The notes below the pieces were generated by a model. It worked only from the letters and a program-made list of their open reading frames with translations, made no database searches and had not been told where the DNA came from. Both the position numbers and the translations under genes were made by a program. A stretch of 64,000 bases of DNA, taken from a virus. Below, one piece after another: positions 18,701-27,585 of the stretch (positions are counted from its first letter, which is position 1; each line of letters begins with the position of its first letter). Where the stretch lies: positions 6,181-70,180 of the IMG/VR virus record IMGVR_UViG_3300032315_000601; one strand, written 5' to 3'.

Positions 18701-18729
18701 AACCTAGGAACCTTTACTCTGTTAGTCAA
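18701..18729 (-). promoter_or_regulatory. Sigma70-type promoter for the terS-like gene
   Basis: TTGACT-17 bp-TAGGTT, 10 bp before the ATG. Confidence 0.55.
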
Positions 18730-18752
18730 CCCTAAACCTAAACCAAAATACC

Positions 18753-19022
18753 ATGAAAAATAAAGTATATCGCAGTCTGGATGCCACCGCAAAAGAGTGG
18801 GTGGATAAAGTCACGAAAGAGTGGGCCGATAGGTGGGACAAGGAAGAAGCGAAAGAAAAAGCCCTCGCCAAAGAGAAAGCCAAGGAGATCAAGCTCCAGC
18901 GCAACTACTCCAAGTGGCTGGAACGCCAAGTCGACAAGATCACTGTCCGCTTGAATGACGGCACCAACCAGTGCATCCCACCCGAGGCTTGGCTGGTGAT
19001 CGGCAAACGTCTCGCCGCCTAA
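18753..19022 (+). CDS. Hypothetical protein
   Basis: 89 aa, charged. Confidence 0.7.
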   Translation: MKNKVYRSLDATAKEWVDKVTKEWADRWDKEEAKEKALAKEKAKEIKLQRNYSKWLERQVDKITVRLNDGTNQCIPPEAWLVIGKRLAA

Positions 19023-19026
19023 CGCT

Positions 19027-19290
19027 ATGAAAAAAATAGTCATCAACCGCTGTTACGGAGGCTTCGGCCTCTCCTACGATGCCTTGCAAGCGTTGGGCAT
19101 CGAGTCCGAACACGACATCGAACGAGATGACCCAAAACTCGTCGCCGTTGTCGAATCCATGGGCAACAAAGCCAATTGCAGGTTTTCCGAACTTAAAGTC
19201 GTGGAGATTCCCGACGATGTCCAATACTTCATCGACGAATACGATGGAATAGAGTGCATCCGCGAGAATCACCGCGTCTGGTGTAAATGA
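19027..19290 (+). CDS. Conserved phage hypothetical protein
   Basis: KIVINRCYGGFGLS...RDDPKLV..VE...LKVVEIPD...EYDG.E pattern, widespread in phages. Confidence 0.8.
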   Translation: MKKIVINRCYGGFGLSYDALQALGIESEHDIERDDPKLVAVVESMGNKANCRFSELKVVEIPDDVQYFIDEYDGIECIRENHRVWCK

Positions 19291-19328
19291 CCGCGACAAA
19301 CCCATGATCCTTGGAACCAATAAATAAT

Positions 19329-19568
19329 ATGAACGCTGATACCATCCTCCAAAGAGTAATCGACATCATCAACACGACAGGCGTGCCCGATGAATACTAC
19401 AACACCTACTGTGAACTGGCCGAGAAATCCCTGTCCACGATCAACAACTCGGACATCCAAGAACACTACAACCACTGTGCCTTGGTCGCTCGACTCATGC
19501 TCACACTGGGCCTCAACCTCACTGACGAACGGCCTTTCGAGGAGAAACCCCTGTTCCTACTTAACTAA
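19329..19568 (+). CDS. Hypothetical protein
   Basis: 79 aa from ATG. Confidence 0.65.
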   Translation: MNADTILQRVIDIINTTGVPDEYYNTYCELAEKSLSTINNSDIQEHYNHCALVARLMLTLGLNLTDERPFEEKPLFLLN

Positions 19569-19572
19569 ACAC

Positions 19573-19773
19573 ATGAATAAGATATTTATCCTAGTTCACC
19601 GAGAACCCTACGAAGGCGACACGATTCACGGAGTTTACACTACGAAAGAAAACGCCAAGGAAGCTTTGGCGGAACTAGACCTGCTGCATCCCCATAACGT
19701 GACGCTCCACCTAATTCTGGCGGTATCTCCAGACAAAAAACAAGATGGCAACTGCGCCGAAGCAGTAGGGTAG
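19573..19773 (+). CDS. Hypothetical protein
   Basis: MNKIFILV...GVYTTKENA phage motif. Confidence 0.65.
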   Translation: MNKIFILVHREPYEGDTIHGVYTTKENAKEALAELDLLHPHNVTLHLILAVSPDKKQDGNCAEAVG

Positions 19774-19783
19774 CTAACTTCCT

Positions 19784-19857
19784 GCACCTTTCGCCAAGTG
19801 GTAAGGCAAGACTCTGCAAAAGTCTCATCGTCGGTTCGATTCCGACAAGGTGCTCCA
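19784..19857 (+). tRNA. tRNA-Cys(GCA)
   Basis: Acceptor GCACCTT/AAGGTGC, D-loop GG, anticodon arm AGACT-CTGCAAA-AGTCT, T-loop TTCGATT, U73 and encoded CCA. Confidence 0.93.
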
Positions 19858-19898
19858 CTTTCCGCTGGCCTCTCCAGCAACAACAACGAAATACAACA

Positions 19899-20096
19899 AT
19901 GAAACAACTACATCGTCACACCTCGCTGCCTTCTCCGGAGTCCATGACTCGGGCCGCGCTCAAGAAACTGACACGTGAGGAAATGCTCGCCGCGAAGTTC
20001 GCGGAGGACATCATGCACAATCCAGTCACCAACCTGCTGACTCCCGAACCAAAGTTCGAACCGATGACGTTCTCCCTTGGTTCCTTGATCCCATGA
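19899..20096 (+). CDS. Hypothetical protein
   Basis: 65 aa, ATGA overlap with the next gene. Confidence 0.6.
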   Translation: MKQLHRHTSLPSPESMTRAALKKLTREEMLAAKFAEDIMHNPVTNLLTPEPKFEPMTFSLGSLIP

Positions 20097-20695
20097 AGTT
20101 TGCATTCAATACACCGCGTGAAGCCATAGAAATGTGGCTCAATCGGATAATGTTCAACGTCCCGAATCTCAACGTCTATTCCAAGGGCCGCAAGGTCTAT
20201 GCGGATGGGCACCTCATGAATTCCTACGGAGGTCACTACCCCTTGATCCGATGGATTCCGGAATACGCGACCCTCACAGTCAACGAAGACACGTATTCCA
20301 ACACCACGTCGAGACACCAACAGCAAGCTCGGAGTTTGGCTTACAGCTACGCCAGCACGATGGGCTACCGATTCGAGAACTCCAAAATCTTGCAGAAAAT
20401 AGCCGTGCTGCGGCTGTCTTATGCGGACAGTGCGTGGCTTCCGGATATCTCGGCTGACAGAGTCCTCGCCTACTACCACGAAAGAATACGCGAGCGAGCG
20501 TTGAAAGCCAAGCGAGCAAGGTCCGACTGGTCTCGGACGCAGGGTCTCCGCTTCGCCAACGAGTGGATTGTGGAGCGCAACACCTTCGTTTCCAGATTCG
20601 CCAAGAAACTGGCCGAGTATGGAATCACCACAACACCGGAGCTACCCGAGGACGTGCAAGCGACCCTCGTTCTGCTCAAGCTAACCGAACAATGA
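20093..20695 (+). CDS. Hypothetical early phage protein
   Basis: SYG.HYP and YSNTTSRHQ motifs. Confidence 0.75.
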   Translation: MKFAFNTPREAIEMWLNRIMFNVPNLNVYSKGRKVYADGHLMNSYGGHYPLIRWIPEYATLTVNEDTYSNTTSRHQQQARSLAYSYASTMGYRFENSKILQKIAVLRLSYADSAWLPDISADRVLAYYHERIRERALKAKRARSDWSRTQGLRFANEWIVERNTFVSRFAKKLAEYGITTTPELPEDVQATLVLLKLTEQ

Positions 20696-20790
20696 AGATA
20701 AACAACCCATCCTTCAACGCCATCATAGCCCTTGGACTCCTGCTCCTTGGATTCATGGCACTGATAAACTGGCTGATCCCTACACCCTAA
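20692..20790 (+). CDS. Small membrane peptide
   Basis: 32 aa with one hydrophobic helix, ATGA overlap. Confidence 0.5.
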   Translation: MKINNPSFNAIIALGLLLLGFMALINWLIPTP

Positions 20791-20792
20791 CC

Positions 20793-20984
20793 ATGAAATA
20801 CGACATCAACGTAACCCTCAAGCCGCTCAATCTGCAGCTTGAAATCGCCAACGAAACATCGTGCGAGGAGATAAACGACATCATCCTTGAGGAAGTCTAT
20901 CGCAAGTTAGATTCCCACGATCCCGAAGTTCACATTGAGAAAGTGTGCCTACGCCTATTCAGAGACAGAAAACCACTATGCTAA
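20793..20984 (+). CDS. Hypothetical protein
   Basis: 63 aa, tight packing. Confidence 0.6.
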   Translation: MKYDINVTLKPLNLQLEIANETSCEEINDIILEEVYRKLDSHDPEVHIEKVCLRLFRDRKPLC

Positions 20985-21184
20985 ACGACCTATACTCAAG
21001 ACTCAGTCAATCCGTGGGGCTCAAGCTCCTCGTCCTTGGCTCCCAGCTATCTGGATTCCGTATCGTCACCATGTATCAGCCCGAGGGTGACCCCTACGTT
21101 CGGGCCATGCATTTGGCCGTTGACGAAACACAACTAAACAACTCGATGCGCTCCTATGTGGAGCAGCTAGACCAAACCTACTAA
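20978..21184 (+). CDS. Hypothetical protein
   Basis: 68 aa from ATG. Confidence 0.6.
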   Translation: MLNDLYSRLSQSVGLKLLVLGSQLSGFRIVTMYQPEGDPYVRAMHLAVDETQLNNSMRSYVEQLDQTY

Positions 21185-21187
21185 ACT

Positions 21188-21400
21188 ATGGAAGAACACA
21201 CCCGAGCATTGGTTAACACGATACGCGAACTCTGCGATCTCGTAGAGTTGGACATCCCCTACCAGCATAGGGGGCGTTGCCTCAACAACAAGATGGCTTA
21301 CGCCATGGAACTCGCCGAGTCGATCGAGGAGTATCCGATCCGTAAGAGCCTCAACCTTGAACCCTTGAGCCCCTGTGCCTGTGAAACTGAAACTGTTTGA
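21188..21400 (+). CDS. Hypothetical protein
   Basis: 70 aa. Confidence 0.6.
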   Translation: MEEHTRALVNTIRELCDLVELDIPYQHRGRCLNNKMAYAMELAESIEEYPIRKSLNLEPLSPCACETETV

Positions 21401-21566
21401 ACGCTCCGTCTACGGACGGCAGACCATCTACCCAGTCGGAGACATGGTCAAGCCCCTTGAGGTATTGACCCGCCGCAAGACTATCGATCATCGCGATCTC
21501 GACGCGCTGGTTGACCTAGGTATCGAGATCGAATGGGTGAAAGACCCTAAAAGTATACAAAAATGA
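21375..21566 (+). CDS. Conserved small phage protein
   Basis: VYG...IYP...LT.RKT...L..LGIEI pattern. Confidence 0.7.
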   Translation: MPVKLKLFERSVYGRQTIYPVGDMVKPLEVLTRRKTIDHRDLDALVDLGIEIEWVKDPKSIQK

Positions 21567-22276
21567 AAACCAAAAAAGCCAAACGACCCAAGTTAGTATT
21601 CGGAAACCACACGTGCCTGTATGAATGGATCAGACGAATCTCAATCTCCGACGATCCCGACAACGATCCCGATGTAAGGGTCAAGACTGTCGAGGCCAGT
21701 GGTGACGTTGTCACCAAATGGGAGCGTGATTCGGGAAGCTCGTATTCATACGTCAGAATGCACCCGAGTTCGGGTGATGTTCGCAAGATCGAATCGCTGG
21801 GCCGAATTATTAGGTGTTACGATCTGTTCAAGCTGTCCAAGTTTATTGGCAGTAAGGACAAGCCTTTCTGGCTGATCAACTACAAAGGTAGCGACTCAAT
21901 GACCGGACGTTGCCGTTCCGAACTGTTCCGCATCCTCGTCGATGGTCAGAATGTGTTTGGCAGGGGCGCGGAGGGAACCGATCAGTTCGCCTTCGTCCCC
22001 GATCAACTCATGGATGTTATGCCGTCCGACATACACAACAACTGGCCAGCCTATGTCGAGTCGTTCCGCGAACGTGTCGCAGAGATTGGCGGTTGGACAG
22101 GCAGCTGGACTGCAGCCAACTCTGGCTTGGCCTTGAGGTGTGTAGTCGATGAGTATGTCCAACTCGGAACCTATGTCGGCCAACAAGTGTCGGCGTCCGA
22201 CTTGGACAACTGGGTTACAGACGCCAAGATGAACATCAAAGCAAGAGAAGTCCTCAAGAAACTAAAGGAGAAATAA
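21563..22276 (+). CDS. Hypothetical protein
   Basis: 237 aa, ATGA overlap. Confidence 0.75.
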   Translation: MKTKKAKRPKLVFGNHTCLYEWIRRISISDDPDNDPDVRVKTVEASGDVVTKWERDSGSSYSYVRMHPSSGDVRKIESLGRIIRCYDLFKLSKFIGSKDKPFWLINYKGSDSMTGRCRSELFRILVDGQNVFGRGAEGTDQFAFVPDQLMDVMPSDIHNNWPAYVESFRERVAEIGGWTGSWTAANSGLALRCVVDEYVQLGTYVGQQVSASDLDNWVTDAKMNIKAREVLKKLKEK

Positions 22277-22278
22277 CA

Positions 22279-22722
22279 ATGAAGAAACCCACGAAAAAAC
22301 AAATAGCTAGCTTCACCGCAACCATTGTCAGAGCCAAACTCAAAGACGAAAACGTCGATGTCTATGTCGCACTGCTGGAGTTGTATAAACTTGGAGTAAC
22401 CTACATCGACGCAGAGTTCTCGGGGTCTGGCGACAGCGGGGATTTGTATGGAATCGGCTACTACCAGAACGAAGCCAAGACCGGATATGGTGATGGAGTT
22501 GATATTGGCGATATTAAAACAGAGAAGTTTAGAGACTGGCTCTACGACATATTCCAATCCAACGTCACTTGCGATTGGTATAACAACGATGGCGGCGGCG
22601 GGCATGTGTTTCTAAAACTGCCTTCCTTGGACGCAAAGATTACATCTTTCTGGAACGAGACTGTCTCCAATGAATGTGATGACCTTGAATTGAACATCAA
22701 CCCATGCAAGGAGGAAGAATAG
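22279..22722 (+). CDS. DUF6878-like protein
   Basis: FSGSGDSG and WYNNDGGGG motifs. Confidence 0.75.
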   Translation: MKKPTKKQIASFTATIVRAKLKDENVDVYVALLELYKLGVTYIDAEFSGSGDSGDLYGIGYYQNEAKTGYGDGVDIGDIKTEKFRDWLYDIFQSNVTCDWYNNDGGGGHVFLKLPSLDAKITSFWNETVSNECDDLELNINPCKEEE

Positions 22723-22723
22723 A

Positions 22724-23131
22724 ATGCATCCCTACTACCACGCCATGTCCAGCGTCCGTAAGTTTGGCGGTAAGCCCGAGGACTATATCGAAATCCATCA
22801 TTGGTTCGATGAGTCCAAGCAATACTTCGCCAACTTCCGCCATCGTGCCCTACGCCACCATGCGCAGGGTATCTTTGAATGCGAGCGAGTCTTTGGTAAG
22901 ACCATCACCAACTCCGATGGACGCATCCTCCCGACTCGCTACATTGGAGAGCAGCATGTGCTCGAAGATGTTGGGCATATACCCTCACTCCAAGACTGGC
23001 TTGAGCCTATTCAAGCGCAACCTTGGATGCACAACCGTCCTCAACATACCGATAAGGATATCGCCGAGGATTCTGTAAGTAAGAAAGTCAAAGTCACCAA
23101 GAAGATAAACCTTTCGCAAGCGGTCAAATGA
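22724..23131 (+). CDS. DUF6915-like His-rich protein
   Basis: HPYYHA.SS..KFGG..EDY..IH.WFD.SK, RHRALRHH, EQHVLED. Confidence 0.8.
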   Translation: MHPYYHAMSSVRKFGGKPEDYIEIHHWFDESKQYFANFRHRALRHHAQGIFECERVFGKTITNSDGRILPTRYIGEQHVLEDVGHIPSLQDWLEPIQAQPWMHNRPQHTDKDIAEDSVSKKVKVTKKINLSQAVK

Positions 23132-23170
23132 TTGCCTTGCACCAACACAAACAAACAAAATAGAAAACAT

Positions 23171-24214
23171 ATGAGCAATAAAGTTACACAAATCACAATC
23201 AAACCATCAGAGCTTATGGAAGTTCTTGACCACTGTCTGTTGTCAAACCTCGTGCCCTTCATCCAAGCCCCTCCGGGCGTGGGCAAGAGCACAGTCATCC
23301 GACAGTTCTCGGATAGCAAGTCGCGCAGGTTCACCGACACTCGTCTGTCGTATGCTGCACCGACCGATGTCCGTGGCTTCCCCTACCTCGATCGCACTGG
23401 TGTCTCGCCGCTTATGAAGTTCGGTGTGCCCAGTGACTACCCGACCGAAGCTGGCAATGTCTGGCTGCTGGACGAGTTCCCATGCGCACCGAAGGCTACA
23501 CAGAATGCCAGTCTCCAGTTGCTGCTCGATCGGGCTATCGGTGACTACCAAGTCCCCGATGACACGCTGATCGTGCTGGCTGGTAACCGCGCCATGGATC
23601 GCGCTCACATTGAGCGTATCTCCAGCGCGACACAGAACCGACTGGTCGACATCACCATGCGTGTCGACACCGAGGAGTGGACCAGCTGGGCCTTGAGTGC
23701 CAACCTCAATCCCATGATCATCGCCTATCTGCAGATGTGCCCCGGCCATCTGTCGGATTTCAACGGCGCGGAGTGGCAGGGTGGGGCGTTCGCTTCACCC
23801 CGCTCTTGGGAGTTCGTGTCCAACTTCCTGTCCAATGGCAAGAAGTCCACGGCCAGTGTGCGTTCAGCGATTATCGCAGGTCTCATTGGCCCCGCGATTG
23901 GTTCGCAGTTCGCTGGATTCTGCTCTGTCTACAACGACCTGCCCGATGTCAATGCGATCTTGATGACGCCCGACACGGCTGACGTTCCGACCGAGCCGTC
24001 CGTTCAGTATGCCTTGTCTGTTGCCTTGTCCAACAAGTCGACATCCAAGAACTTCGATCGCGTCCTCCGCTACGTGACCCGACTGCAGAAGCCTGTCGAA
24101 GTCTTGTGTGTCAAGCTCGCCATGCAGCAGAAGACTGGACCCGATGCTCCGTTCAAGAACCCTGCGTTCCAACAATGGGCTGCCGATAACAGCAGCGTGA
24201 TCCTTGGATCCTAG
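23171..24214 (+). CDS. MoxR-type AAA+ ATPase
   Basis: APPGVGKS, DVRGFP, LLDEF, LAGNR, NRL, SPRSWE. Confidence 0.85.
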   Translation: MSNKVTQITIKPSELMEVLDHCLLSNLVPFIQAPPGVGKSTVIRQFSDSKSRRFTDTRLSYAAPTDVRGFPYLDRTGVSPLMKFGVPSDYPTEAGNVWLLDEFPCAPKATQNASLQLLLDRAIGDYQVPDDTLIVLAGNRAMDRAHIERISSATQNRLVDITMRVDTEEWTSWALSANLNPMIIAYLQMCPGHLSDFNGAEWQGGAFASPRSWEFVSNFLSNGKKSTASVRSAIIAGLIGPAIGSQFAGFCSVYNDLPDVNAILMTPDTADVPTEPSVQYALSVALSNKSTSKNFDRVLRYVTRLQKPVEVLCVKLAMQQKTGPDAPFKNPAFQQWAADNSSVILGS

Positions 24215-24223
24215 GAACCCTTG

Positions 24224-24257
24224 GTCCCCTGTAGCAGCTAACCCTGTTGCAGGGGAC
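24224..24257 (+). terminator. 14-bp hairpin after the AAA gene
   Basis: GTCCCCTGTAGCAG/CTGTTGCAGGGGAC with G-U pairs; no U tail. Confidence 0.45.
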
Positions 24258-24266
24258 TACCACTCC

Positions 24267-24410
24267 ATGGAAACCCTAAACAACGTAGTGAACTTCCTCG
24301 CTACCTATTCAATGATCACCCTCTCGTCGATGGTATCCATCGCCCTTCGTGTGTGGGTTGTCATCGAAGTAATCAAAGTAACATCAATCCTCAATCAAAT
24401 TAAACTATGA
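24267..24410 (+). CDS. Small hydrophobic protein
   Basis: 47 aa, ATGA overlap with the next gene. Confidence 0.5.
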   Translation: METLNNVVNFLATYSMITLSSMVSIALRVWVVIEVIKVTSILNQIKL

Positions 24411-24589
24411 GTAACAACATAACCAACAAGAGTAAGGTCAAGAAGTATATACTGGAGTTCGCAAAAACGAACCGAGCACACGAGTTCACCCGAGTCTCGC
24501 AAGAAACATGCGACAAAGTAGAAGCAGCTGCACGTTCTGCAGCCCGATCCATTGCAACATCAGCACCATCGAAAGGAAAAACACTATGA
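24407..24589 (+). CDS. Small basic protein, possibly histone-fold/DUF1931-like
   Basis: NKSKVKKYI...RVS.E....E..A......A....KTL. Confidence 0.55.
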   Translation: MSNNITNKSKVKKYILEFAKTNRAHEFTRVSQETCDKVEAAARSAARSIATSAPSKGKTL

Positions 24590-25785
24590 GTAATCCAAAT
24601 ACAAAACCCCGCAAGAAAGCCAACGCCAATGACGAAGCCCTGCGCGTAGAGAAATCGGTAGTCAAGATGGTATTAGACCATCCGTTCTTCGCTGCACTGG
24701 CACTCAAGATGCGAGTCAAGCAGGACTACGCCGTCCCCACATTCTGTGTGGATGGTGTGAGCATGCGATACAATCCGGACTTCTGTGCCACGCTCGACGA
24801 TACCGAGTTGTTGACTGTCCTCGCCCACGAGGTTCTTCACTTGGCGTTCGGCCATCTGTGGCGCAAGGGCAGCCGCAAGATGAAGAAGTGGAACCACGCT
24901 ACGGACTACGTGATCAACAACTACCTCATGAAATACAATGAGGACGAGGTTGCTGCCAGTAGACACGCTCCCTTCAAGCTACCCGAAGGCGGGTTGCTCG
25001 ATTCCAAATACGACAACATGGCCGAGGAGGAAGTATACAATCTCCTGCCCGATCCCCCCGATGGTGGCGGTGGCGGTAGTGGTGGAGGCGGCGGCGAAGA
25101 CGAGAGCGGTGGCATGGGCGACTTCACGGACCCAGCTGCCGACGATGGCAACACCGAGGAGGACTGGCGTCAGCGAGCCGTTGAAGGTATCAACGCCTCC
25201 AAGTTGCGGGGCCGCGAGTCGGGTAGTATGACCCGCGCTATCGAGCGACACCTCAAGGGCACACAAGACTGGCGCGAGGTTCTGCGCGAGTTGCTGTCGG
25301 CTCCATCCAACGATGACTACGATGAGACACGACCCGATCGCCGCTTCATGGAGGAGGACATCTTCCTGCCTACCCTATACAGCGAGCGTGTCGGCACCTT
25401 CGTTGTTGCCTTGGATACATCTGGTTCGGTAACCAACGAGATGTTGGGCAAGTTCATGGCGGAGGTTCAGTATTGTTTGGACACCGTCAAGCCAGAGAAG
25501 ATCATTGTCATCGACTGCGATGCCGCGATCAATCAAGAACGCGAGTTCGCTTACGGCGACAACCTTCGAGACTTCACTGCCAAGGGTGGTGGCGGCACAG
25601 ACTTCCGTCCTGTATTCGACAGGGTCAAGTCTCTGCCCGATTCGCCCGAAGCTGTGGTCTACTTCACCGATGGTTACGGAGCCTTCCCGACCGAGCATCC
25701 CGGCTATCCGGTGATCTGGGTCGACTACGGAGGCACCGACTATCCGTTTGGCCAAGTAGTCCGCATCAACAGTGCGGATAGCTGA
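24586..25785 (+). CDS. Metallopeptidase + vWA domain protein (DUF2201-like)
   Basis: LAHEVLH (HExxH), WNHATDYVIN, DTSGS MIDAS, GGGGTDF, YFTDG. Confidence 0.88.
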   Translation: MSNPNTKPRKKANANDEALRVEKSVVKMVLDHPFFAALALKMRVKQDYAVPTFCVDGVSMRYNPDFCATLDDTELLTVLAHEVLHLAFGHLWRKGSRKMKKWNHATDYVINNYLMKYNEDEVAASRHAPFKLPEGGLLDSKYDNMAEEEVYNLLPDPPDGGGGGSGGGGGEDESGGMGDFTDPAADDGNTEEDWRQRAVEGINASKLRGRESGSMTRAIERHLKGTQDWREVLRELLSAPSNDDYDETRPDRRFMEEDIFLPTLYSERVGTFVVALDTSGSVTNEMLGKFMAEVQYCLDTVKPEKIIVIDCDAAINQEREFAYGDNLRDFTAKGGGGTDFRPVFDRVKSLPDSPEAVVYFTDGYGAFPTEHPGYPVIWVDYGGTDYPFGQVVRINSADS

Positions 25786-25870
25786 GTAATTCCTTGATCC
25801 CTTGAGCCGATGAGCCAATGCTTGCGGCTCAAGGGGTCTCCTTAACACAAACCCAAAATACAATAAACAT

Positions 25871-26761
25871 ATGAGCACAATCCGTAATCAAGCAATGTTG
25901 ACCAGCCTATCCATTGGACTGTTCAACCCCAAGAAAACCGACCGCACCGTCACACGTGAGGTCTTGATCAGCAAGAACGCCTCGCACAATGCTGGCGCGT
26001 TCGTGAAGAACATTCTCCCCGAGGAGAGTATCAAACCCATCCAAGCCGAAGCCGCCGCGCTGCGTAATTGGTTCTACCAAAACACCCTGCCGTGGGGCGA
26101 TGACGCTATGCGTCTCCTGCCTGTCGCACAGTGGGACAAGTTCACCGATGAAATGCGAGCGCGCCTCGCCTCGTTGAACTCCCTGTTCGACAACTTCTGC
26201 AGCAACTACGAACAGCACCGAGACAAAGCGATAATGCAGTTGGGGGCCATGGCAAACCCCGCTGACTACCCGCCGCTTGGTGAGGTTCGCAACAAGTTCA
26301 ACGTCAAGGTTGCCTACCATCCGATGCCCGACAGCCGCGACTTCCGCTTGGATGACATGCCGGAAGAAGCGATTGCACAGATCCGTGCCGAGACGGACCT
26401 CCGTGTCGCGGATGCAACCAACGAAGCTCGCAATGATCTGTATCGCCGCTTGGCCGACAGGCTGCAGCACATCATTGCTCGCATGGTTGAGGCCAACAAG
26501 AAGCGGGAAGGTACACGCATCCACGCTTCGTTGATCAGTAACCTGCGGGAACTATGCGAGTTGATCCCCAATCTTAACGTCACCAAAGACGATGAGCTTG
26601 AGAAGCTGCGGGTTCGCGCCATGCAAGAGATCGGTGTCTACGACATCGAGGAAGTCCGCGACAACGCGGATGTCCGTGCCGAACTCAAGTCCAAAGCTGA
26701 AGATATTCTTGCAGCTATGGGATTCGGAGGCGGTAGTAACGCAGCCCAACAGGCAGCCTAA
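25871..26761 (+). CDS. DUF3150-like protein
   Basis: TLPW, DYP.L.EV..KF, LIPNLNVT; typical neighbour of phage AAA/vWA pairs. Confidence 0.6.
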   Translation: MSTIRNQAMLTSLSIGLFNPKKTDRTVTREVLISKNASHNAGAFVKNILPEESIKPIQAEAAALRNWFYQNTLPWGDDAMRLLPVAQWDKFTDEMRARLASLNSLFDNFCSNYEQHRDKAIMQLGAMANPADYPPLGEVRNKFNVKVAYHPMPDSRDFRLDDMPEEAIAQIRAETDLRVADATNEARNDLYRRLADRLQHIIARMVEANKKREGTRIHASLISNLRELCELIPNLNVTKDDELEKLRVRAMQEIGVYDIEEVRDNADVRAELKSKAEDILAAMGFGGGSNAAQQAA

Positions 26762-26910
26762 GTAGTAACTTGACAAGCCAAGAGTGTCTCGAGCCCACTG
26801 GAAGATGTACTTCCGGTTTTGATTGACAGCGTACCCCTTCGTTGCTGGCGAACCTTGGTAAAGGGGACCCTAACATAAACCATAAACACAAAAGAAAGAA
26901 AGATAAATAT

Positions 26911-27585
26911 ATGAACGTAAGAATATCAGCTGAACTACAAAACGATGTCCGTATGCATGTCCGCTCCATGTATCTCAAAGATATGGGACTCCAACTCGGG
27001 TCTTCCGACTACGACAAGTTGTTCTACTCCGATGGCTCAAACACCGAGTTGATCGACTTGGTGTGGGGGGAACATCTGCACTTAAAATCGCAGATGCCAA
27101 CCAATTGGATGAAAGACTTGTCCAAAGAGTACAATCCTCACATCTATCTAAAGGTGCAGTTGGCAGCTGATCCGGTCTCCGGAGATTCTAAACACACACA
27201 GTTTAGAATTATTATTGCCGGAAAGAAACCATTCCTTGTACCACCTAGACAAAGTTCGGGGAGTGTGTTCACGATAGATGATAAGAATCTTACCGGAGAC
27301 CTTCGCAAGCTGTACGATTTATACCATCAATACGAAGAGCTTCAAGAGAAATGGGATAAGATATCCAATGATATTATTACTTATCTCCGGTCGGCCAAGT
27401 CCCTCAATTCCGCCCTCAAGAACTGGGCAGAACTCCGAGCATTCATTCCGCAGGAATTCTTGGATCGCGTAGATGCGAAACCCGATCGCACTGCCGAGCG
27501 TAAGAAAGCCGAGGAATCCCTAGCTAGCATTGACCGCAACCTCGCTGTGACCAGCGCGACTTTGGTTAAGCTCGCCATGACATGA
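26911..27585 (+). CDS. Nmad5-like hypothetical protein
   Basis: C-terminal KSLNSALKNWAELRAFIP. Confidence 0.5.
   Translation: MNVRISAELQNDVRMHVRSMYLKDMGLQLGSSDYDKLFYSDGSNTELIDLVWGEHLHLKSQMPTNWMKDLSKEYNPHIYLKVQLAADPVSGDSKHTQFRIIIAGKKPFLVPPRQSSGSVFTIDDKNLTGDLRKLYDLYHQYEELQEKWDKISNDIITYLRSAKSLNSALKNWAELRAFIPQEFLDRVDAKPDRTAERKKAEESLASIDRNLAVTSATLVKLAMT

Noticed and set aside
26765-26800. Twister ribozyme (TAA ... GTCTCGAGCC resembles loop 4)
   Set aside because: P2 and pseudoknot partners are not in the required order; kept only as a generic structured RNA candidate
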